From a bacterium (GTDB taxonomy: Bacteria > Sysuimicrobiota > Sysuimicrobiia > Sysuimicrobiales > Kaftiobacteriaceae), in the NCBI GenBank assembly GCA_044868695.1, contig JBIOWP010000004.1, positions 1 through 15,695 of the forward strand: 15,695 bases of DNA. The letters run 5' to 3'. The stretch's first letter is position 1. Each line of letters starts with the position of its first letter. The position numbers and the translations under genes are program-made. The notes beneath the pieces are model-generated. The model searched no databases, was not told the DNA's origin, and saw only the letters and a list, made by a program, of their open reading frames with translations. Positions 1 to 8,729 of the stretch are shown piece after piece.

Positions 1-1227
<1,227 letters not shown>

Positions 1228-1263
1228 GCGCGTTACGCCGGTGCATCTGGGGAGGTGGCAAGG

Positions 1264-1584
1264 ATGACAGAGGCAGGCGTGGCCGCGCTCGCGGTCGGTA
1301 TGCTCATCCTGATCTGGGCACGGGCGCCCGCACGGACCGTGACTTCCGTGCCCCCGCTGCGCGTGCCGCGGTATTGGTTCCACGTGGCCGGCCGCAGCAT
1401 TCCCGTGTACGTGCGGGGACGATGGTACGAGTCATCGGTCGACGATTACTGGGACGTCGGCGCCGACACGCTGCCCAGGCTCCGGGACCGGGTGCGCTGG
1501 TGCGCCGAAGCGCTGCGGTGGATTTCGGACGGCACGGAGATCCGAGTGACGCAAAGCCCATCGAACGCTGACACTATCTCATAG
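1264..1584 (+). CDS. Hypothetical protein with N-terminal hydrophobic anchor (106 aa)
   Basis: GGAGG at 1251-1255, 8 nt before ATG 1264; fills the amtB-glnA gap; N-terminus AGVAALAVGMLILIW is hydrophobic; stop TAG overlaps the glnA RBS. No family recognised. Confidence 0.65.
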   Translation: MTEAGVAALAVGMLILIWARAPARTVTSVPPLRVPRYWFHVAGRSIPVYVRGRWYESSVDDYWDVGADTLPRLRDRVRWCAEALRWISDGTEIRVTQSPSNADTIS

Positions 1585-1588
1585 GAGG
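1583..1588 (+). promoter_or_regulatory. Shine-Dalgarno site of glnA
   Basis: AGGAGG 8 nt upstream of ATG 1597. Confidence 0.75.
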
Positions 1589-1596
1589 CCGATCGC

Positions 1597-3054
1597 ATGA
1601 AGGAACAGATTCGCAATCATCTCGCGGACCAAGGGCTGGTCAATCCGTCCCAGGTCATCGACCTATGCCGGCGCCAGGGGGTGCAGATGGTGGATTTCCG
1701 GTTCACCGACCTGGTGGGCACCTGGCAGCACTTCTCGGCGCCGACCGACGAGCTGGACGAGAGCATGTTCATCGAGGGGATCGGATTCGACGGCAGCAGC
1801 ATCCGCGGGTTTCAGGCCATCGACGAGAGCGACATGCTGCTGGTGCCCGATGCCCGCACCGCCCGCGTCGATCCCGTCCTCCGGGTGCCGACGCTGCTGC
1901 TGATCTGCGACGTCGTCGACCCCGTCACGCGTGAGCGGTACACACGCGATCCCCGGTACATCGGCCAGAAGGCCGAGACCTATCTCACCAAGTCGGGGAT
2001 CGCGACGACCACCTACTGGGGGCCGGAAGCGGAGTTTTTCGTGTTCGACGACGTCCGCTACGACTTGACCCAGCACTCCGCATTCTACGCGATCGATTCG
2101 GCCGAGGGAGCCTGGAATACGGGGCGCGACGAAAAGCCCAACCTGGGGTTCAAGCCACGCCACAAGGAAGGCTACTTCCCGGTGCCTCCGGCCGACTCGC
2201 TGCAGGACTTCCGCTCCGAGCTGGTCTTGAAGATGAAAGAGGCGGGGATGGACGTCGAGGTCCATCACCACGAGGTAGGGTCGGCCGGCCAGTGCGAGAT
2301 CGACCTGCGCTTCTCCACGCTGACCGACATGGGCGACCGCCTCATGCTGTACAAGTACCTCACCAAGATGGTCGCCCGCCAGCACTTCAAGACAGCCACG
2401 TTCATGCCCAAGCCGATCTTCGGCGACAACGGGTCGGGCATGCACTGCCATCAGAGCCTCTGGAAGGAAGACACCAACCTGTTCTTCGACGCCAACGGCT
2501 ACGCGCAGGTGAGCCAGATGGCGAAGTACTACATCGGCGGGCTGCTCACCCATTCGCCGGCGCTCATGGCGTTCTGCGCGCCGACCACAAACTCGTACCG
2601 GCGGCTGGTCCCCGGGTTCGAGGCCCCGGTCAACCTGGTCTACTCGCGCCGCAACCGCAGCGCCGCGGTGCGCATCCCGGTCTACTCGACGAGCCCGCGG
2701 TCCAAGCGCATCGAATACCGGCCACCGGATCCGGCCGCCAACCCCTACCTGGCGTTCGCCGCCCTGCTGATGGCGGGATTGGACGGCATCCGCCGGAAAA
2801 TCGATCCCGGCGATCCGATGGACGTGGACCTGTACGAGCTGCCGGAGGCGGAGGCGAAGAAGGTCAAGCAGCTCCCAGGCTCACTCGATGAGTCGCTGGC
2901 CGCGCTCGCAGCGGATCACGCCTTCCTGCTGGAGGGCGGCGTGTTCACGCCGGATCTCATCGAGACGTGGATTCACCTGAAGCGGCACAAGGAAGGGGAC
3001 TTCATCCGGATGCGGCCGCACCCGGCGGAGTTCCACCTGTACTATGACGTCTAG
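1597..3054 (+). CDS. glnA: Type I glutamine synthetase (GSI-beta-like)
   Basis: Motifs FDGSSIRGF, EAEFFVFD, HHHEV, TFMPKPIFGDNGSGMHCHQS, NSYRRLVPGFEAP, NRSAAVRIP, RIEYRPPDPAANPY; DLYEL matches the adenylylation-Tyr region; C-terminal HPAEFHLYYDV. Confidence 0.98.
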   Translation: MKEQIRNHLADQGLVNPSQVIDLCRRQGVQMVDFRFTDLVGTWQHFSAPTDELDESMFIEGIGFDGSSIRGFQAIDESDMLLVPDARTARVDPVLRVPTLLLICDVVDPVTRERYTRDPRYIGQKAETYLTKSGIATTTYWGPEAEFFVFDDVRYDLTQHSAFYAIDSAEGAWNTGRDEKPNLGFKPRHKEGYFPVPPADSLQDFRSELVLKMKEAGMDVEVHHHEVGSAGQCEIDLRFSTLTDMGDRLMLYKYLTKMVARQHFKTATFMPKPIFGDNGSGMHCHQSLWKEDTNLFFDANGYAQVSQMAKYYIGGLLTHSPALMAFCAPTTNSYRRLVPGFEAPVNLVYSRRNRSAAVRIPVYSTSPRSKRIEYRPPDPAANPYLAFAALLMAGLDGIRRKIDPGDPMDVDLYELPEAEAKKVKQLPGSLDESLAALAADHAFLLEGGVFTPDLIETWIHLKRHKEGDFIRMRPHPAEFHLYYDV

Positions 3055-3057
3055 CAT

Positions 3058-3131
3058 GTCATCGCGAGGCCCGAAGGGCCGTGGCGATCCCCTTGTGAGG
3101 AGATTGCTTCGCCCTTCGGGCTCGCAATGAC
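3058..3131. repeat. Palindromic REP-like element (CGTC class) between convergent genes; may act as a bidirectional terminator
   Basis: Left arm GTCATCGCGAGGCCCGAAGGGC...GCGATC pairs imperfectly with right arm GATTGC...GCCCTTCGGGCTCGCAATGAC; right end is followed by G (GACG = CGTC on the minus strand). Lies between the glnA stop (3054) and the thioredoxin-like gene stop (3146). Confidence 0.8.
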
Positions 3132-3145
3132 GGACGTGACGCCCG

Positions 3146-3676
3146 TTATCTCCACTTGATGGAGCAGCCTACCGGCTTCGTCTCGGTGATCGCGGGGGTC
3201 TTGCCGGCCAGCACCGCTTCGATCGCATCCCGCAGGTAGCTCTGGCGCACCGCCTTCGCGTCCTCGTAGTTGTCGTCGGGCGCGCCGTGGTAGCGTAACG
3301 CGCGCCCCGTGTCAAAGAGGAAGATCTCCGGAGTGCGGGTGGCGCCATACTGCTTTGCGACCTCTTGGGTCGCGTCAAACAAATAAGGGAAGGGGTACTG
3401 CTTGTCCGTTGCCCGCTGCTGCATCTGCTCAAAATTGTCGGCGGGGTATTTCGCGGGGTCGTTGGAGTTGATCAGCAGGAACTGCACGCCCCGGCCGGCA
3501 TAGTCCCGCTGGCTCTGGATCAGGCGCCCTTCCCACGCCTGCGCGTAGGGGCAATGGTTGCAGGTGAAGATGACGCCGAGCACCCTGGCGGCGGCATAGT
3601 CTTCGGGCTCGTGCACCTTCCCCTCGGTGCCTTTCAGCGAGAACGGGATGAGCTTGGACTCAAGCGAGATGGCCAT
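3146..3676 (-). CDS. Thioredoxin-fold / AhpC-TSA redoxin family protein
   Basis: IFTCNHCPY (CxxC), INSND, YPFPYLFDATQEVAKQYGATRTPEIFLFD, YHGAPDD and C-terminal GCSIKW, typical of this peroxiredoxin-like family. Confidence 0.92.
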   Translation of the reverse strand: MAISLESKLIPFSLKGTEGKVHEPEDYAAARVLGVIFTCNHCPYAQAWEGRLIQSQRDYAGRGVQFLLINSNDPAKYPADNFEQMQQRATDKQYPFPYLFDATQEVAKQYGATRTPEIFLFDTGRALRYHGAPDDNYEDAKAVRQSYLRDAIEAVLAGKTPAITETKPVGCSIKWR

Positions 3677-3691
3677 CTGCGTTCACTCCCT

Positions 3692-4003
3692 TCACTGGAG
3701 AACGCGGTCGATCGCCCTGCGGATCATCTCTGCTGTCGGCAGCGGCGTCACGCGTCCGTCGTCTGTGTGATACACGCGGCAGGTCAGTCCGTACGGGCCC
3801 TCGGGCGTGGAGAAGAGGTCGCGACCATTGATCCGGATCGTCGGCGACCCCGGAAAGCGCAGGGCGTCTGCCTGCTGATCGGTCGTCACCTCGATGAACT
3901 GGATCCGGTCGGCGATCCCTCTTTCGGCCAACACCTCACGGAGTCGCTGCAGCGCCTGCTCGTGCGACGCGCACTCTTCCCAATACAAGAATTCAATCTT
4001 CAC
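3692..4003 (-). CDS. Small thioredoxin-fold protein (DF-family / alkylmercury-lyase-associated type), about 103 aa
   Basis: Probable GTG start at 4003 giving MKIEFLYWEEC...; FPGSPTIRINGRDLF and GLTCRVY motifs. The longer ORF-track start at 4021 runs into the tandem repeat. Confidence 0.8.
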   Translation of the reverse strand: MKIEFLYWEECASHEQALQRLREVLAERGIADRIQFIEVTTDQQADALRFPGSPTIRINGRDLFSTPEGPYGLTCRVYHTDDGRVTPLPTAEMIRRAIDRVLQ

Positions 4004-4054
4004 AACCCACTCAACCCGCACGACCTACACAACCTACACAATCTACTCTATCTA
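4001..4054. repeat. Degenerate 9-bp tandem array (consensus CACAACCTA), 6 units
   Basis: Units cacaaccca, ctcaacccg, cacgaccta, cacaaccta, cacaatcta, ctctatcta. Confidence 0.85.
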
Positions 4055-4104
4055 CTATTTAGTCTAACCGATGGGGGCCGGGTGAAATTCCTGCGCAGCG
4101 GCTC

Positions 4105-4145
4105 GATTGTGTAGGTTGTGTAGCCTGTGTAGGTTGTGTAGATTG
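4105..4145. repeat. 9-bp tandem array (consensus GGTTGTGTA), about 4.5 units, inverted relative to 4001-4054
   Basis: Units gattgtgta, ggttgtgta, gcctgtgta, ggttgtgta, gattg; 4105-4123 is the exact reverse complement of 4025-4043. Confidence 0.9.
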
Positions 4146-4151
4146 AAAGTG

Positions 4152-4526
4152 ATGCGCCTTTCGGGCAAGAGGTTCGAAGCGCTGGTGGCCCAGGCCCTCC
4201 TGTCCATCCCTGAGGAGATCCGCGCCCGGATGGACAACGTGGGCATCGTGGTGGAAGACTGGCCGGATGAGAACCATTTCGCCCACGTCGAGTTGGAGCC
4301 GGGGGAGACGCTGTTCGGGCTGTACGAGGGAGTTCCGCTGATCGATCGCGGGGTGGTCGCCGACCCGCTGCTGCCTGACAAGATCACCATCTTTCAAGGT
4401 CCCCTCGAGTCGGAGTGCCAGACCGATGAGGAGATCGCAGAGGAGATCCGCAAGACCGTCGTGCACGAGATTGCCCACCACTTCGGCATCGACGAGGCCC
4501 GGCTGGCCGACCTGGGCTATGACTGA
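4152..4526 (+). CDS. Zincin-like (minimal MMP-like, Zincin_1 type) metallopeptidase family protein
   Basis: ATG 4152 gives MRLSGKRFEALVAQAL; LFGLYEGVPL, PDKITIFQGPL and HEIAHHFGIDE (HExxH). The ORF-track extension to 4107 is translated repeat (CRLCSL). Confidence 0.92.
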   Translation: MRLSGKRFEALVAQALLSIPEEIRARMDNVGIVVEDWPDENHFAHVELEPGETLFGLYEGVPLIDRGVVADPLLPDKITIFQGPLESECQTDEEIAEEIRKTVVHEIAHHFGIDEARLADLGYD

Positions 4527-4541
4527 CCGGGGCGCGGGCGG

Positions 4542-5024
4542 GTGAGTCCGTGGACCAGAGGGTTTCTCTCCGGCGCCGCCGCCGTCCTGATTCTCGTCTT
4601 GTTTCTGACTGGAGGAACGCAGTTCGAAGGTTTCGTGCGGGTCGCCGGGGACGGCCAGTTCCTGCTCGACATCCGGGTGGACGAACCGGCCGTCGGGCGG
4701 ATCGTCAACATTCCCATCGGGTCGCTAGGTGAGGCCGCCTTCGTCAAGCGCTCCTGGATCATCGCGACCACATATGCCTTTACGCTGCGGCTGCGTCCTG
4801 AAGTTGCGCCCGGACCCGGCGCGGCCGTGAGCAGCCTCCAGGTGAGCGTGCGGCTTCCGGGGCGCGCCATGTCCACGAACGCGACCCGCGTCACTGCCGG
4901 CACCGCGGTGTGGGAGGCGCTTCCGGCGGAGGCGCTGCGCCTGCGCACGGTGGCCGTGAACTGGGTTCTCGCGGTCGCCCTGGCCGCCGCGCTGGCCCTT
5001 GGACTCGGCGTTCGGAGGAGTTAG
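4542..5024 (+). CDS. Hypothetical membrane protein (N- and C-terminal hydrophobic segments)
   Basis: 160-aa ORF that fills the gap in a co-directional gene run; hydrophobic FLSGAAAVLILVLFL and WVLAVALAAALALGLGV followed by RRS. Confidence 0.7.
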   Translation: MSPWTRGFLSGAAAVLILVLFLTGGTQFEGFVRVAGDGQFLLDIRVDEPAVGRIVNIPIGSLGEAAFVKRSWIIATTYAFTLRLRPEVAPGPGAAVSSLQVSVRLPGRAMSTNATRVTAGTAVWEALPAEALRLRTVAVNWVLAVALAAALALGLGVRRS

Positions 5025-5054
5025 CGGCCGCCGGCAGGAAAGCACCACAGCGGC

Positions 5055-5843
5055 ATGATCTCCACGACTCCCTTTCGTCTCCGCATCCTGCGCAGCGGCA
5101 GCAGCGGCAACGCGCTCTTCCTCGAAGGGGCCGGAACGCGGCTCATCGTTGACGTTGGGCTGCCCGCCGAGGTCGTTGCCCGTGAGCTGGTTGATCTGCC
5201 CGAGGCCGCGCCGATCACCGCCATCTTGCTGACGCACGAGCACGACGACCACGCCAAAGGCGCCGGCGCGCTGTCCCGGCTCCTCGATGCGCCGGTGCTG
5301 GCCAACGAGGGCACACTGGCCGCCGCGGCCGGGCTGCTGAACGGGACGGCAACTGAGCGGTTTGCCACGGCCGTGCCGTTTCAGGTCGGGAGGCTGCGGG
5401 TTGAAGCGTTTCCCGTGCCGCACGATGCCGCGGAACCGGTGGGGTTCGTAATTTCATCCGCGGAGGCCAGCGTGCTCATCGCGACGGATCTGGGCGCGGC
5501 GGGCGACGAGCTGGTTGCACGGGCGCGGGACGCCAGCGTCGTGATCCTGGAGGCCAACTACGACCTGCGGCTGCTGTCGGTCAGTCCCTATCCCTGGTTT
5601 CTGAAGAATCGCATCCTGGGCCCCACCGGACACCTCTCTAATGACGCCGCCGCGCGCGTGGTCGTGGAAGCGGCGTCGACCCGGCCGCAGACGGTCTTCC
5701 TGGTGCACCTCAGCGACATCAACAACCTCACCCCGCTGGCTCGCGACACGGTCCAGTGGGCGCTCGAGCGTGAGGGCATCCGCGGCGTCCACGTTGAAGC
5801 CGTGCGTCCCAATGGCACGAGTCCCTTGTGGGAGATGCAGTGA
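5055..5843 (+). CDS. Metallo-beta-lactamase-fold hydrolase, YycJ/WalJ-like
   Basis: SGSSGN, THEHDDH, VPHDAAEP, ATDLG, LEANYD, YPWFLKNRI, GHLSN and HLS motifs. Confidence 0.9.
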   Translation: MISTTPFRLRILRSGSSGNALFLEGAGTRLIVDVGLPAEVVARELVDLPEAAPITAILLTHEHDDHAKGAGALSRLLDAPVLANEGTLAAAAGLLNGTATERFATAVPFQVGRLRVEAFPVPHDAAEPVGFVISSAEASVLIATDLGAAGDELVARARDASVVILEANYDLRLLSVSPYPWFLKNRILGPTGHLSNDAAARVVVEAASTRPQTVFLVHLSDINNLTPLARDTVQWALEREGIRGVHVEAVRPNGTSPLWEMQ

Positions 5844-5847
5844 ACCC

Positions 5848-5880
5848 ATTGCGGATTGCGGATTGACGATTGCGGATTGA
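5848..5880. repeat. 7-bp tandem array (ATTGCGG), about 4.7 units
   Basis: attgcgg attgcgg attgacg attgcgg attga between the MBL hydrolase stop and the glycerate kinase gene. Confidence 0.85.
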
Positions 5881-7240
5881 ACCTGGCATTCACTCCAAGA
5901 ACAAGCCGAATTCCGTCTTCCGTCGAAAGGCGGCCGCCATCTTGACTGCGGCCGTCCGCGCCGTCGAACCGTCGGAGGCGGTGAAACAGCAGGTGTCGCG
6001 CCGCGGCGAGATTCTGCGGGTGGGGCAGCGGCGCTATAACTTACGGCGGATCCGCCGTATTGTGGTCGTTGGCGCGGGCAAGGCCGTGGCCCCGATGGCC
6101 GCCGCGGTCGAGCGGGTCCTGGGCCCGCGGGTCTCCGGCGGCCTCGTGGTCGTGAAGTACGGCCACGCCGTGCCCCTCCGGCGTCTCAGCGCGGTGGAAG
6201 CCGGCCATCCGCTGCCCGATGCGGCGGGACAGCGCGGCGCAGAGCAGATGCTTGAGCTTGTGCGCGGCACCGCGCCGGGGGATCTGATCATCTGCCTGTT
6301 CTCAGGCGGCGGATCGGCCCTGCTGCCGGCGCCGGTGCCCGGCGTGAGCCTGGACGATCAGGTCGCGGTCACCGATCTGCTGCTCCGCAGCGGCGCCACG
6401 ATCCAGGAGGTCAACGCGGTGCGCAAGCATCTATCGCGTATCGCCGGCGGCCGCCTGGCGCAGGCGTCACCCGTCAGGATGGTGGTGCTGATTCTGTCCG
6501 ACGTGCTGGGCAATCCCCTGGACGCCATTGCGTCCGGACCGGCGGCGCCCGATCCGACGACCTACGCGGACGTGCTGGACATCGTGCGCCGCTACGGTTT
6601 GGAAGACAGGATGCCGGCGCCTGCGCTGGCCCACCTGCGCCGGGGCGCTGCAGGTGCCGAAGCTGAAACACCCAAGCCCGGGGACCCGCTTTTCCGAAGG
6701 GTGTACACCGCTGTCGTGGGGAGCAACGAGCAGGCGGTCACCGCAGCGGCCGCGCAGGCGCGCCGGTTGGGTTTTCGGACCCTCGTGCTCACGACATTTC
6801 TCGAGGGGGAGGCGCGCGAGGCGGCCCGGGTGTTCTGTAGCGTTGTCAGGAGTGTCCGCGTACGGCGGATACCGCTTTCGCCGCCGGCCTGCCTGCTCGC
6901 CGGCGGGGAAACCACCGTGACGGTCCGCGGAACGGGGCGCGGCGGGCGGTGTCAGGAGTTTGCGCTCGCCTCGGGCCAGGTGATTGCTGGCTGGCCGGAA
7001 ACGGTCGTCGGCGCGTTCGGCACCGACGGCACCGACGGTCCGACCGACGCGGCGGGCGCCCTGGTGGACGGAGACACGGCGGCCCGGGCTCACTCGCTCG
7101 GTCTCAACGCTGCGCGCGTCCTTGCAGACAACGATGCCTATTCGTACTTCGAGCAGCTCGGCGATCTGATTCAGACCGGCCCGACGCGCACGAACGTCAA
7201 CGACATCTATCTCGCCCTCATCGGCGATGGGCGACGATGA
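5870..7240 (+). CDS. Glycerate 2-kinase, MOFRL/TtuD (class II) family
   Basis: VVGAGKA, EAGHPLPD, SGGGSALL, NAVRKHLS, SDVLGN, IASGP, GGETTV, GRGGRCQE, GTDGTDG, TGPTRTNVND. The TTG start is uncertain but is the only upstream start in frame. Confidence 0.92.
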   Translation: MRIEPGIHSKNKPNSVFRRKAAAILTAAVRAVEPSEAVKQQVSRRGEILRVGQRRYNLRRIRRIVVVGAGKAVAPMAAAVERVLGPRVSGGLVVVKYGHAVPLRRLSAVEAGHPLPDAAGQRGAEQMLELVRGTAPGDLIICLFSGGGSALLPAPVPGVSLDDQVAVTDLLLRSGATIQEVNAVRKHLSRIAGGRLAQASPVRMVVLILSDVLGNPLDAIASGPAAPDPTTYADVLDIVRRYGLEDRMPAPALAHLRRGAAGAEAETPKPGDPLFRRVYTAVVGSNEQAVTAAAAQARRLGFRTLVLTTFLEGEAREAARVFCSVVRSVRVRRIPLSPPACLLAGGETTVTVRGTGRGGRCQEFALASGQVIAGWPETVVGAFGTDGTDGPTDAAGALVDGDTAARAHSLGLNAARVLADNDAYSYFEQLGDLIQTGPTRTNVNDIYLALIGDGRR

Positions 7241-8697
7241 AAGTTCTCTTCTGTGTTTCTGAAGCCGTGCCGCTGGCGAAGACGGGCGGGCTGGCCGACG
7301 TCGCGGGTGCGCTGCCGGCGGCGCTGGCCACTCTCGGCGTTGACGTCCGGATCCTCCTGCCACGGTATCGCGCCATCGGGACCGTCGGATGGCGCGCGGC
7401 CGGCACAGTCGAGGTAGTTGCAGGCGGTGAACGCATTCCGGTGACGATCCTCGACGGAACGATGCCGGACACCGGGGTCCCGCTGTGGTTGGTGGATCAG
7501 CCGCGTCTGTTCGATCGCGACGGGCTGTACGGTGAGGGAGGCCGCGATTACCCCGACAACCTTGCGAGATTCACGTGTTTTTCTCGAGCGGCGTTGGCGT
7601 GGCTGGAGCACGGCACCTGGCAGCCTGATCTCTTTCACTGCAACGACTGGCAGACCGCCCTCATCCCCCCGATCATCGCCAGTGGACAGGCGCGCCGCGC
7701 GGCCACCCTGGTAACGATCCACAATCTGGCGTACCAGGGACTGTTCCCCGCGGACCAGTTTTCGGTGACAGGGCTGCCCTCATCGATGTATACGCCGGCG
7801 GGCCTGGAATTCTGGGCCCAGGTCAACCTTCTTAAGGGAGGGCTCGTCTTCTCGGACCTGCTCAACACCGTCAGCGAGACCTACGCGCGCGAGATTCAGA
7901 CCGCGGAGTTCGGAGCCGGGCTGGATGGCGTCCTGCGCGATCGGACGGACGACCTGTTTGGAATTCTGAACGGGGTGGACTACGGAGTGTGGGACCCGGC
8001 CCATGACTCTCTCCTGCCGGCGCGGTACAAGGTGGACGACCTCACCGGTAAGCGCATCTGCAAAGATCACCTGCAGAAGGAATTCGGCCTGTACGAGCGC
8101 CCCGACCGACCTCTGATCGGCATGGTGACGCGGCTGGCGGATCAGAAGGGGCTGGATCTCGTCGCCGCCGCCATGGACGAGATCTTCGACCTGCAGGCGC
8201 AGCTGGTGGTCCTGGGAACCGGTGATCCGCGGTATGAGCAGTTGTTCGCAGACGTCGCCCGCCGGCGCAAGCGGCAGGCCGGGGTGCGAATCGGTTTTGA
8301 CAACGCGCTGGCGCACCGGATCGAGGCGGGGGCTGACATTTTCCTCATGCCCTCGCGGTACGAGCCGTCGGGGCTCAACCAGCTGTACAGCCTCCGGTAC
8401 GGCACGGTGCCGGTGGTCCGGCGCACCGGTGGGCTGGCCGACTCGATTGTCGATGCCGCGCCGGAAGCTCTGCGGGCCGGGACGGCCAGCGGATTCGTCT
8501 TCGGGGAGTACACCCGGCAGGCGCTGCTGGAAGCCGTGCGCCGCGCGGTAGACGCCTTCCAGACCCCACAGACCTGGCGGCGCCTGCAGCGGGCCGGAAT
8601 GACCGCGGACTTCTCCTGGGCCGCGTCGGCGAAGAAGTATCTGGCCTTGTATGAACGGACGATTGCCCGGAGTCGAGAACGGGCGCTGCGGGGGTAG
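7237..8697 (+). CDS. glgA: Glycogen synthase (GT5), 486 aa
   Basis: True start ATG 7237 overlaps the upstream stop (ATGA): MKVLFCVSEAVPLAKTGGLADV; HCNDWQT, TIHNLAYQG, GILNGVD, RLADQKG, MPSRYEPSGL, RTGGLADS, DFSW. Confidence 0.96.
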   Translation: MKVLFCVSEAVPLAKTGGLADVAGALPAALATLGVDVRILLPRYRAIGTVGWRAAGTVEVVAGGERIPVTILDGTMPDTGVPLWLVDQPRLFDRDGLYGEGGRDYPDNLARFTCFSRAALAWLEHGTWQPDLFHCNDWQTALIPPIIASGQARRAATLVTIHNLAYQGLFPADQFSVTGLPSSMYTPAGLEFWAQVNLLKGGLVFSDLLNTVSETYAREIQTAEFGAGLDGVLRDRTDDLFGILNGVDYGVWDPAHDSLLPARYKVDDLTGKRICKDHLQKEFGLYERPDRPLIGMVTRLADQKGLDLVAAAMDEIFDLQAQLVVLGTGDPRYEQLFADVARRRKRQAGVRIGFDNALAHRIEAGADIFLMPSRYEPSGLNQLYSLRYGTVPVVRRTGGLADSIVDAAPEALRAGTASGFVFGEYTRQALLEAVRRAVDAFQTPQTWRRLQRAGMTADFSWAASAKKYLALYERTIARSRERALRG

Positions 8698-8729
8698 GGG
8701 ATAAGTGATGGCACACGAAACGGTGTGGC

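Noticed and set aside
3692..4003. Selenoprotein recoding in the thioredoxin-fold protein
   Set aside because: Both redox positions are Cys codons and there is no in-frame TGA.
4073..4101. FMN riboswitch-like string GGGGCCGGGTGAAATTCC
   Set aside because: Only one short motif matches; the rest of the aptamer is absent and neighbours are not riboflavin genes. An Rfam cmscan would settle it.
4107..4151. Cys-rich metal-binding N-terminus (CRLCSLCRLC) on the zincin protein
   Set aside because: It is simply the translation of the 9-bp DNA array; family similarity begins at ATG 4152.
6949..7236. ORF-track 96-aa extension of GlgA
   Set aside because: Overlaps the glycerate kinase in another frame; GlgA homology starts at ATG 7237.
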